Shown here piece by piece: positions 18,044-26,484 of a stretch of 64,000 bases of DNA (positions are counted from its first letter, which is position 1; every line of letters begins with the position of its first letter). Source of the stretch: an uncultured virus (IMG/VR IMGVR_UViG_3300028377_000002). Its lineage: Duplodnaviria; Heunggongvirae; Uroviricota; Caudoviricetes. The translations under genes and the position numbers were made by a program. Under the pieces are notes generated by a model. The model made no database searches and was not told the DNA's origin. It was given only the letters and a program-made list of their open reading frames with translations. Location of the stretch: IMG/VR virus record IMGVR_UViG_3300028377_000002; one strand, written 5' to 3'.

Positions 18044-20467
18044 ATGAGTACAAACAACAGAGTATTTGTAAGTCCAGGGGTTTACACATCAGAAAGAGAC
18101 ATATCATTTGTAACACGTCAAATAGGTGTTACAACAGCTGGTTTGGTAGGTGAGACTACAAAAGGTCCAGCTTTCCAGCCTATATTCGTTTCTAATTATA
18201 ACGAATTCACTTCATTCTTTGGTGGGACAAACCCAGCCAAATTCCCTGATACTGGATATCCTAAATATGAGTTACCTTATATAGCTAAATCATACTTCAC
18301 AAGGTCTAATCAATTATACGTAACTAGGGTATTAGGTTACTCAGGTTATGACGCTGGTCCAGCTTGGGTAATTAAAGGTAGTAATGACCAAGTTGTTGCT
18401 CTTATTAGAAGTAGAGGTAGTTACGATGCTAGTGAAGATTTAATCTTCGACGTAGGTATCGATGATTTAGTGATTGACCCTGCTATTAATGATATTGATA
18501 GTGACGCAAAGGCCGAATTTGTATTAAGTGGTACAACTGGTGGTAATGACTTTACCTATAACGTATCATTTGACTCAACTAAAAAGAATTATTTACCTAG
18601 GGTTTTAGGTCAATCAAATTCAGATGGTCAAGCACCTATATTTGTTGAGAGTATTTATCCAAATATGTTAGATTCTTTAATAGATGATAGTACCATTACT
18701 GGTATTAGTACTACTTTAGATAAATTTGAAACTGAATTCGAAGATTATAAAACCAAATATAGACCTGCTATAACTCCATGGGTTGTATCTGAGGTTAATG
18801 GTAATATTATTAAAAAATTATTCAGACTTATTACTATATCAGATGGTAATGGTGCCAATTCAGAGATTAAAGTATCTATTGAAAATATAAGGCCTAATGC
18901 TAGAGAATTTGATGTTAGAATTAGAGCATTCAATGATACTGATGCTAATCCAGTAACTTTAGAAAGATTTTCTAGATGTACAATGGACCCAACTTCAGAT
19001 AATTTTGTTGGTAGAAGACTTGGTACTTTAGATGGTTTTTATTCTTCAGTATCTAATTATGTGTTAGTTCAATTAGATGAAACTGAGGAAACTTCAGATT
19101 CATTCCCAGCTGGATTTACTGGTGTGCCTACTAAGGCCTTTGGTGCTTCTTTAGATGCTCCATCAGTTAATTATAATCAAGCTTATGGTCAGTTCGATAA
19201 AGTAAGAAAAATTTACTTAGGTCTTTCAGATACAGTAGGCATAGATGGAGATTTCTTTAAATTTATAGGGGCTGATGACGAGGCTACTAGTGGTATGACA
19301 AACGGTTTCCATATGGACGTTGACGCAAGTGGTGCTACTTTAGATAACTTCACATTTGTTTATGGAGATTCTAATTTCCAAAACGATACTCAATTAGAAT
19401 TATCTGGTAACAGTTACACTAGAATACAATCAAGAAAATTCACAATGGCACCTTTCGGTGGTTTTGATGGATGGGATGAGTATAGAGAAGGTAGAAGTAA
19501 TACAGATAGTTTTGTATTAGGTCAAACCAATAGTAATGAAGCTTTAGCTAGTGGTGCTATTGCTGAAATGGCTCTGGAAAATGGTGACCAAGGAACGACA
19601 GCTGATTACTACGCATATCAAGAAGCTATAAGAACATTTAATAACCCTGAAGACACTAACGTTAACGTGTTTGCAACACCAGGTATTGATATATTTAATC
19701 ACACTAATCTTGTTGAATCGACTATTGAAATGGTTGAGGAAGAAAGAAGTGATTCTATCTATATTACAACAACACCTGATTATGAGAATGAGACGGTAAT
19801 TACTGTAGATGATGTTGTTAATAGATTAGACGCTACAGGTATTGACAGTAGTTATACTGCAACATACTGGCCTTGGGTACAAGTTAATGATACAGATAAT
19901 AACGTATTAGTATACTTACCACCTACAAGAGATGTTATAACTAACGTTGCTTTAACCGATAATGTATCATTCCCATGGTTCGCTGTGGCTGGTGTACAGA
20001 GAGGTATTGTAAACGCAGTTAAAGCTAGAAAGAAATTAACTTTAGGTGAAAGAGATACTTTATATGAAGGTAGAATCAACCCTATCGCTACATTCGCTTC
20101 TGAAGGAACAGTTATTTTCGGTAATAAAAACTTACAAGAAAAAGAAACTGCTTTAAACAGACTTAACGTAAGAAGATTATTACTACAGGCTAGAAAATTA
20201 ATATCTGCTGTATCAATCAGATTATTATTCGAACAAAACGATGAGGTTGTAAGAAATCAATTTAAAACATTAGTTAACCCTATTCTAGAAAATATTAGAA
20301 GTGAAAGAGGTCTTACTGATTTCCGTGTAGAAGTTGATAACTCACCTGAGTCAATTGATAGGAACGAACTTAACGGTAGAATATTCATTAAACCAACAAG
20401 AGCGTTAGAATTTATAACAGTAGAATTTGTTGTACAAAATACTGGTGCATCATTCGAAGATGTATAA
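18044..20467 (+). CDS. Tail sheath protein (T4 gp18-like)
   Basis: VSPGVYTSERD, GLVGETTKGPAF, WFAVAGVQRG, RDTLYEGRINPI, LNVRRLL, FEQND, IKPTRALEFI. Confidence 0.95.
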   Translation: MSTNNRVFVSPGVYTSERDISFVTRQIGVTTAGLVGETTKGPAFQPIFVSNYNEFTSFFGGTNPAKFPDTGYPKYELPYIAKSYFTRSNQLYVTRVLGYSGYDAGPAWVIKGSNDQVVALIRSRGSYDASEDLIFDVGIDDLVIDPAINDIDSDAKAEFVLSGTTGGNDFTYNVSFDSTKKNYLPRVLGQSNSDGQAPIFVESIYPNMLDSLIDDSTITGISTTLDKFETEFEDYKTKYRPAITPWVVSEVNGNIIKKLFRLITISDGNGANSEIKVSIENIRPNAREFDVRIRAFNDTDANPVTLERFSRCTMDPTSDNFVGRRLGTLDGFYSSVSNYVLVQLDETEETSDSFPAGFTGVPTKAFGASLDAPSVNYNQAYGQFDKVRKIYLGLSDTVGIDGDFFKFIGADDEATSGMTNGFHMDVDASGATLDNFTFVYGDSNFQNDTQLELSGNSYTRIQSRKFTMAPFGGFDGWDEYREGRSNTDSFVLGQTNSNEALASGAIAEMALENGDQGTTADYYAYQEAIRTFNNPEDTNVNVFATPGIDIFNHTNLVESTIEMVEEERSDSIYITTTPDYENETVITVDDVVNRLDATGIDSSYTATYWPWVQVNDTDNNVLVYLPPTRDVITNVALTDNVSFPWFAVAGVQRGIVNAVKARKKLTLGERDTLYEGRINPIATFASEGTVIFGNKNLQEKETALNRLNVRRLLLQARKLISAVSIRLLFEQNDEVVRNQFKTLVNPILENIRSERGLTDFRVEVDNSPESIDRNELNGRIFIKPTRALEFITVEFVVQNTGASFEDV

Positions 20468-20485
20468 TATTAATAGATGAATAAT

Positions 20486-20512
20486 AAAACCCTTCTTTAA
20501 GAAGGGTTTTTT
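20486..20512. terminator. Bidirectional intrinsic terminator
   Basis: aaaacccttct-tta-agaagggtttttt after the sheath gene, overlapping the stop of the convergent endonuclease. Confidence 0.8.
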
Positions 20513-22164
20513 GGTTTATACGAATAAGTTATAGTACCACAATCATAAATCCTATAAATTTTATTTTCTAACATTACTTCACGTTCAGTCTTACCTTCAA
20601 TATTATAACCCATTTCTTTTAATTTTGATTTTCTGAAATTAAACCTATGAAAACGTTCTTTATTTATTATATACCAGTAATTTGGTCTATTAATGTGAGT
20701 TTTAGTAAATTTCAACATTTCATACATATTACCTTGACTCCACCTTCTATCTGCATAACTTCTAATTTCATTTGGTTCATATTCTTTAATGAAATGTTTT
20801 AATAATTTACTGGCGCCACCTATTACACTAACATCTAATTTATTGCAAAACCTAGATAATTCATAGCCATCATATTTCCCACCAACACCACTTCTAGGTT
20901 TATTAAAGTTCATTAAACTAACCAATTCATCATTATTATATAACCCTAAGTTTATTGATGCATTTACAGAACCTTGTAAATGGTTTTTATTTAAGAATTT
21001 CTTAGATTCACTAAATGGTATTTCTTTTATAAAACACTTTCGGGCGTACATTTTATTCTTAGTCAAACCTAATATGTTTTTTAATCTAGACTTTGTGATG
21101 TTTTTTTTACTTAACCATTCATCTTCAAAAATATGTATTAATTGTATCCCCTTGTTATTACAATCATTAGTTTTATCATTATGGTAATGTTTACTTAAAA
21201 ATAATTCAGAATGCCAATATAAACCGTTAAATTCAATAGCAATTCTAAGTGAGGGAATGTAAATGTCTATTTCTTTACCATTTAAAATTTTTCTACTCGA
21301 AGTAATGGTTTTTAAATGTAATTCATTTGTGATGAAATCATTTATTTCATTTTCAAATGATGATACTATATAAGTACATTTATTACAACCATGACCAGAT
21401 AAGTGGTCATATGGTAATTGTTCAAATTCACCATGTTCTGGACATATTATTTTTACTTTTGAATGTGAATTAATATAATCAACATTCAAATAACTATATT
21501 TATTGTGGTGTTTTTTATTACTTCTAACAATAAAATCATTCTCATCTAAAGATAATTTATTTTTAGTTTTATTAATACTACAAGATTTACACCCCTTACC
21601 CCTAATATGATTATACGGTAATTGATTAAACTTACCATGTTTTGGACATGTTATAGTTACTTTAGTCTGTGAATTAACGTATTTAACTTCATCGTAACTA
21701 TAATAACCTTTATGTTTTTTATTTGCTTTAAATAAAAAAGCTTCTATTGTTTCATTCTTATTATGTTTACCTAAGAAACATTTCTGACAACCTGATTTAA
21801 AATGTCCATTTGGTAATTGTTCAAATTCACCATGTTCTGGACATATTATTTTTACTTTAGTCTGTGAATTAACATATTTAACCTTAGAATAATCATAATA
21901 ATCTCCGTGTTTTTCATTAGATTTAATTAAAAAATCTTTTATTTTTTTAACAGGACCACCACATAACACACACTTTTTATACCCCCTTAAATGCTCTGTC
22001 GGTGACTGTTCAAAGGTTATGTTATGTATATTACAAGTTAGTTTAACTAATGAATCACTATTAACATAATTAACATTAGAGTAATTAAATTGCGCCCCAT
22101 ATTTTTTTTTTGATTTAATAATAAAATTTAATTCCTTATTTTTAACTTTTTTTTGTTTTTCCAT
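20497..22164 (-). CDS. Free-standing Hef-like homing endonuclease (Cys/His repeats + Vsr-like nuclease + GNAT-like C-terminus)
   Basis: Four YxYxxVxYxNSxxKVxIxCPxHGxFxQxPxxHxxGxGCxxC-type repeats; EIDIYIPSLRIAIEFNGLYWH...IHIFEDEW; ELSRFC...GGASKLL...SYADRRWS; likely start MEKQKK at 22164. Confidence 0.7.
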   Translation of the reverse strand: MEKQKKVKNKELNFIIKSKKKYGAQFNYSNVNYVNSDSLVKLTCNIHNITFEQSPTEHLRGYKKCVLCGGPVKKIKDFLIKSNEKHGDYYDYSKVKYVNSQTKVKIICPEHGEFEQLPNGHFKSGCQKCFLGKHNKNETIEAFLFKANKKHKGYYSYDEVKYVNSQTKVTITCPKHGKFNQLPYNHIRGKGCKSCSINKTKNKLSLDENDFIVRSNKKHHNKYSYLNVDYINSHSKVKIICPEHGEFEQLPYDHLSGHGCNKCTYIVSSFENEINDFITNELHLKTITSSRKILNGKEIDIYIPSLRIAIEFNGLYWHSELFLSKHYHNDKTNDCNNKGIQLIHIFEDEWLSKKNITKSRLKNILGLTKNKMYARKCFIKEIPFSESKKFLNKNHLQGSVNASINLGLYNNDELVSLMNFNKPRSGVGGKYDGYELSRFCNKLDVSVIGGASKLLKHFIKEYEPNEIRSYADRRWSQGNMYEMLKFTKTHINRPNYWYIINKERFHRFNFRKSKLKEMGYNIEGKTEREVMLENKIYRIYDCGTITYSYKPKNPS

Positions 22165-22233
22165 ATATTTATAATAAAGCCACAAGGCTAATATACTAAT
22201 AAATATTATAAAAAACAAAAAAATAAGAAAATT

Positions 22234-22722
22234 ATGTCAGATTTATTGATGAAAATGCCTGTACCTTACGAACCTAAAAAGAAGAATAGATGGTTAATGA
22301 GGTTCCCAGCTGAGTTGGGTATACAACAATGGTGGTTACAGTCAGCATCACGTCCTTCAATCACACAAAATGAAGTTGAGATTCCATTCTTAAACACATC
22401 TACCTACGTAATTGGTAGATTTACTTGGGATACTATTGAAGTTGTATTTAGAGATGCCATTGGACCTTCTACATCCCAAGCTATTATGGAATGGGTTAGG
22501 TTAACTTCTGAGTCTGCTACTGGTAGACAAGGTTATGCTGCTGGATACAAAAAAGATGTTGAGCTTGAAATGTTAGACCCTAGTGGTGTTGTTATTGAAA
22601 AATGGCAACTACAAGGTACTATGTTAACCAATGTTGGATTTGGTGACTTATCAATGGATGATGACGGTATTGCAGATATCACAGCCACTTTAAGGTTTGA
22701 TAGGGCAATATTATTATTCTGA
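22234..22722 (+). CDS. Tail tube protein (T4 gp19-like)
   Basis: EPKKKNRW, GRFTWDTIEVVFRD, YKKDVELEMLDPSGVVIEKWQLQG, FGDL, TLRFD. Confidence 0.9.
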   Translation: MSDLLMKMPVPYEPKKKNRWLMRFPAELGIQQWWLQSASRPSITQNEVEIPFLNTSTYVIGRFTWDTIEVVFRDAIGPSTSQAIMEWVRLTSESATGRQGYAAGYKKDVELEMLDPSGVVIEKWQLQGTMLTNVGFGDLSMDDDGIADITATLRFDRAILLF

Positions 22723-22757
22723 TTTCTATTACTCACATTATCAGCTATTTATAAAAT

Positions 22758-22836
22758 AAATAAACGGTTTAGGACCGATTATAGCTCACGGCTATTTAAA
22801 ATCACTTAAGTGTCGCTACCTAAGTGATTTTTTTTT
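22758..22836 (+). ncRNA. Candidate small structured RNA / attenuator (three hairpins, ends in terminator)
   Basis: TATTTAT at 22746; hairpins CGGT-ttagg-ACCG, ATAGC-tcacg-GCTAT, AAAATCACTTA-agtgtcgctacc-TAAGTGATTTT plus U-tract. Confidence 0.5.
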
Positions 22837-22844
22837 AACTATAT

Positions 22845-23213
22845 ATGAAAATACCGATTGTAAAGTATAACGACACACTATTATCAATTATAAGTTTATT
22901 CGCACCGATAAAAGGAATTACTATTTTTCCTTTTATCATAATAAGAGAAAGGTTTATTAATTATCATTACCCAAAGGCCACTGATAAATTACTTAATCAT
23001 GAGAAAATACATATCGAACAACAAAAGGAGATGTTAATTTTACCCTTTTTTGTGTTTTATTTCATAGAATGGTTAGTGAAATTGTTTATCTATGGGTCTA
23101 AATCTTATAGAAACTTAAGTTTTGAAAGAGAAGCTTATAAGTTTGAGGGGGATATGACATATTTATCTAATAGAAAGCGTTATGCTTTTTTAAAATACGT
23201 TATAAAAGAATGA
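22845..23213 (+). CDS. Hypothetical protein with HExxH motif and hydrophobic segment
   Basis: GITIFPFI, LLNHEKIHIEQ, FFVFYFIEWLVKLFIY, YRNLSFEREAY. Confidence 0.6.
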   Translation: MKIPIVKYNDTLLSIISLFAPIKGITIFPFIIIRERFINYHYPKATDKLLNHEKIHIEQQKEMLILPFFVFYFIEWLVKLFIYGSKSYRNLSFEREAYKFEGDMTYLSNRKRYAFLKYVIKE

Positions 23214-23362
23214 GAAAACAAGATAAAAAGAAAAACATGGATAAGGTTAACAAAAAATTCCAAGATAGGATGAATGGAGTTGACGAAGAAAAAGATAAAG
23301 AAAAGGATAAATTTAAATTTGTTAAAGACATTTATCCTGAATTAAGTAGAATAATAAACTAG
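23210..23362 (+). CDS. Small charged hypothetical protein (50 aa), not in ORF track
   Basis: ATGA overlap with upstream stop; MRKQDKKKNMDKVNKKFQDRM...; ends 1 nt before the next ATG. Confidence 0.55.
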   Translation: MRKQDKKKNMDKVNKKFQDRMNGVDEEKDKEKDKFKFVKDIYPELSRIIN

Positions 23363-23363
23363 T

Positions 23364-23744
23364 ATGGGAAAGAAACTTAAAATTACAGAAAAACAATTAA
23401 AAACTCTAAAAGAAAACTTACTTAAGGAAGATAAATTTAGTTGGGATGGTAAATATGCTAATGAAGAAGATATTAACGAACATCACGACGGTGAGTTTCC
23501 AGAGTCTCTAATGAATAAATCTCTAGAGCAATTTTTAGATGAATTATCTAAAAAAAGTGAAACAGATTACGATAAAGTTGAAGATATAATCGCCAAGTAT
23601 TTTGCTACATCTAAAGATGAAGGTTATACTGGATTACCTAGTGATTTAGAGGTTGTGGATGAAGATAATAAACCAACAGACGCTAAATCTAATCAATGGT
23701 TTTCAGATTCAGATGGTGAAAGAGTAACCGACGGAGTGCATTAA
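23364..23744 (+). CDS. Hypothetical acidic protein, possibly internal head protein
   Basis: N-terminal KKLKITEKQLKTLKE leader then acidic body. Confidence 0.45.
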   Translation: MGKKLKITEKQLKTLKENLLKEDKFSWDGKYANEEDINEHHDGEFPESLMNKSLEQFLDELSKKSETDYDKVEDIIAKYFATSKDEGYTGLPSDLEVVDEDNKPTDAKSNQWFSDSDGERVTDGVH

Positions 23745-23809
23745 TATTTTAAAAACTTTACTTTTTCATATTTATTATTATATAACATACTAAAAATAAG
23801 TTAATAAAT

Positions 23810-24922
23810 ATGGAGAAGAAACCAAATGTTTTCCCAACATCGTCTAGGATGACTGATGAAATGAAAGAAGCTAACGAGATGGGTAGTAAAATAGCCGAAG
23901 AAGTTAGTGAACAAGAAGGTATAAGTAAGACTGAAAAAAGCGATAGAGAGAAAGAATACGCTCAGAAAATGAATCAGGAATCTCTAGATATGTTAGAGGA
24001 ACAGATGAGAAAGAGAGATGAATTAATCGCTAAAAGAAAAAATGATGGTGATGTTGGTGGTAGTGATGATTTTAGTGGTGAGGAAACCGCTAAAGTTACT
24101 TATTCAGACGCTGAGAGTAAACCACATAAAAAATTAGAGGTACCAGAAGATAGATTCGAAGAGTTAAGTAGACCTCAAGAGGATTCACCTTATGATGTAA
24201 TTAAATTACCTAGTGAAGGGTTACTTTACCCTAATCAAGGTAGTTCAATAAAACTATCTTATTTGAATGCTAGTGATGAAAACCTTATTACTAACCCTAA
24301 TCTTTTAAGGTCAGGTAAGTTTCTAGAAGTTCTTATCAATAGAAAAATGTTGGGTACTGATTTAAGGTACAAGGATTTACATGTCGGTGATAGAAATGCA
24401 ATCATGATTTGGTTACGTTCTACTGGGTATGGTTCAATGTATAACGTTATGTTAACTGACCCAAATGATGATTATAAAGAATTTGAAACTAAGATTGATT
24501 TATCTGAGTTACCAATTAAATACTTAGATGAAAAGCCAGATAAAAATGGTCACTTCAAATATAAATTACCATTATCTGGTAAAGAGGTTACATTTAGAAT
24601 GTTAAGCGTTGGTGACGTTAATGATATTGAAGACCACATAGAGGAATTAGTTGAGGAAAAGGGTTCAGATTTTGCTGACGCTTCAACTTATACACTTAAA
24701 AAGCAGATATTAGCCATTGATGGTGATAATAACTCGACTGTTGTTAATAACTTCATTGAAAGAGGAATGAGATTAGGTGATGTTAGAAGTTTTAGACAAC
24801 ATTTAAACAAAATTGAATCAGGCATTGATATGAATATTACTGTCGGGACTCCTGGGGGTGGGTCCATAACTACGTTTCTTCCCCTTAACGGAAACTTTTT
24901 TTGGCCTGACACATCACTATAA
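23810..24922 (+). CDS. Baseplate hub/tail assembly chaperone (gp26-like; gpG equivalent)
   Basis: IKLPSEGLLY, DENLIT, GDRNAIMIWLRSTGYG, YKLPLSGKEVTFRMLSVGD, C-terminal NFFWP; upstream of tape measure. Confidence 0.7.
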   Translation: MEKKPNVFPTSSRMTDEMKEANEMGSKIAEEVSEQEGISKTEKSDREKEYAQKMNQESLDMLEEQMRKRDELIAKRKNDGDVGGSDDFSGEETAKVTYSDAESKPHKKLEVPEDRFEELSRPQEDSPYDVIKLPSEGLLYPNQGSSIKLSYLNASDENLITNPNLLRSGKFLEVLINRKMLGTDLRYKDLHVGDRNAIMIWLRSTGYGSMYNVMLTDPNDDYKEFETKIDLSELPIKYLDEKPDKNGHFKYKLPLSGKEVTFRMLSVGDVNDIEDHIEELVEEKGSDFADASTYTLKKQILAIDGDNNSTVVNNFIERGMRLGDVRSFRQHLNKIESGIDMNITVGTPGGGSITTFLPLNGNFFWPDTSL

Positions 24923-25130
24923 AAAAGATTTATTAGAAGAAATATATCTTTGTATGAAGTATTTAAATATTTCATACGGTGATTTAATGAAAATACCTAC
25001 ATACGAGAGGCGTTTCTTTATAGTGACATTACAAAACCAAATAAATAAGACAGAAGAGGAAGCTGAAGACACACCTAAAGTAACCAAGACTGGTAAATTT
25101 ACCAGTACTAGGTCATATTCACCTAAATAA
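24897..25130 (+). CDS. Frameshift extension of the chaperone (gpGT/gp51-like), alternatively a small ORF from ATG 24954
   Basis: +1 frame reads FFGLTHHYKKDLLEEIYLCMKYLNISYGDLMKIPTYERRFFI...*, beginning on the T7 run at 24896-24902. Confidence 0.6.
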   Translation, partial: FFGLTHHYKKDLLEEIYLCMKYLNISYGDLMKIPTYERRFFIVTLQNQINKTEEEAEDTPKVTKTGKFTSTRSYSPK

Positions 25131-25156
25131 AATCCCTTAATCAAGGGATTTTTTTA
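25129..25156 (+). terminator. Intrinsic terminator
   Basis: aaaatccctt-aatc-aagggatttttttt directly after the extension's stop. Confidence 0.8.
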
Positions 25157-25236
25157 TTATTTGATATTTATTAAGTAGAATACCAAATACTTTTAATATA
25201 TTTATAACATGGTATTTAAATAAAAATGATTAAATT

Positions 25237-26484
25237 ATGAGTTTAAACGAAAGAATGGTAAACATAATGAAAGTTATGTTAATGGAAGTTGAACTTAAGA
25301 AGACCTTCAGTACAATTAGTAGTGGTGATAAAATAAATATCATTGAGGTTGACGACAATAAATATAGTTTTATTGTTCAGTCAAATATCTCTGGTAGGGT
25401 TATAATGAAGGATTCAAGTGAGAAATCCTTAGGTAAACTATTTGTTTTAGAAAAAGACTCATTAAAAAAGAACGAATTAACGATATACATATACGATAAC
25501 AGCGCTGTTAGTAATGATTTCAAAGGAAAATCATTATCTATAGAGGTTAAATATATCAGTGTATTAGATGATAAAACTGGTGAGCTTCAAAGAATTGATA
25601 TAACTTCTGATGAGAAGACTATGAAACAAAAAGAAGAACTATCTAGAATTGATGAATACACTAGAATTATTAAAGAACTAGATAAGGGTGAAATGTTGAT
25701 TATAACAACAGAAACCGACTCAGAAAAAGATAGTATCGTAAACGACTTAGTTTTTAAAGTTGTAGATATCAAGAAAAATTGGTACGTTTTAAATTTAGTT
25801 AAAGTTAGAGGTAATTCTGAAGGTGATAAATCTGTTGAAAGTGATAAAATTCTTGATGTTGTTAGGTCTAAGGAATTATACATTGGTAAAGGTGGATTCT
25901 TTAAGGTAGTTGATAACAAAGTGACCTTAGATTTAAGATTCGGTAAAAACTATAAAATACCTATTAAAGGTATTATCGACGTTGATATTGAAAATGATAA
26001 TGTTGGTGATACTTCAGATGATAAAACTGTAACTGATAAGGATGATTTTACTGATTGGCTTGATAATAATCCTCAATATAAAAATATAATTAATAAAACA
26101 CCTAATTTTTTTGAAAAACTTAGCGGAGCCTCACCAAAAGGTGTGTTTCAATTACAAAACATGTTAAAAAAAGCAGGTACTAGTAACTCTTATTTAACTA
26201 AGAATAAATATGTTGTGATAAAATTATTAGATGGTAGAATAGAGGTTGATTTATCTAATAAACTTTTAAGTAAAGCTGGTAAAACTTATGAAGCTAAAGT
26301 CACTGATGATAGAACTCTTAGAATAGGTGATAGAAGAAAAGGTTATTGGGAAATTGAGTTATTAGATGAATATGAAGATAAAACTTATAAAACTAAAGTT
26401 AGTTTCTGTTACCCTAATGGAACTTGCGACCTTAAAGCCAACGATGCTAAGATTAAAATATTAAAAGTTAAAAATAATAGATAA
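25237..26484 (+). CDS. Hypothetical protein
   Basis: 415-aa ORF, translationally coupled to tape measure; no motif recognised. Confidence 0.6.
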   Translation: MSLNERMVNIMKVMLMEVELKKTFSTISSGDKINIIEVDDNKYSFIVQSNISGRVIMKDSSEKSLGKLFVLEKDSLKKNELTIYIYDNSAVSNDFKGKSLSIEVKYISVLDDKTGELQRIDITSDEKTMKQKEELSRIDEYTRIIKELDKGEMLIITTETDSEKDSIVNDLVFKVVDIKKNWYVLNLVKVRGNSEGDKSVESDKILDVVRSKELYIGKGGFFKVVDNKVTLDLRFGKNYKIPIKGIIDVDIENDNVGDTSDDKTVTDKDDFTDWLDNNPQYKNIINKTPNFFEKLSGASPKGVFQLQNMLKKAGTSNSYLTKNKYVVIKLLDGRIEVDLSNKLLSKAGKTYEAKVTDDRTLRIGDRRKGYWEIELLDEYEDKTYKTKVSFCYPNGTCDLKANDAKIKILKVKNNR

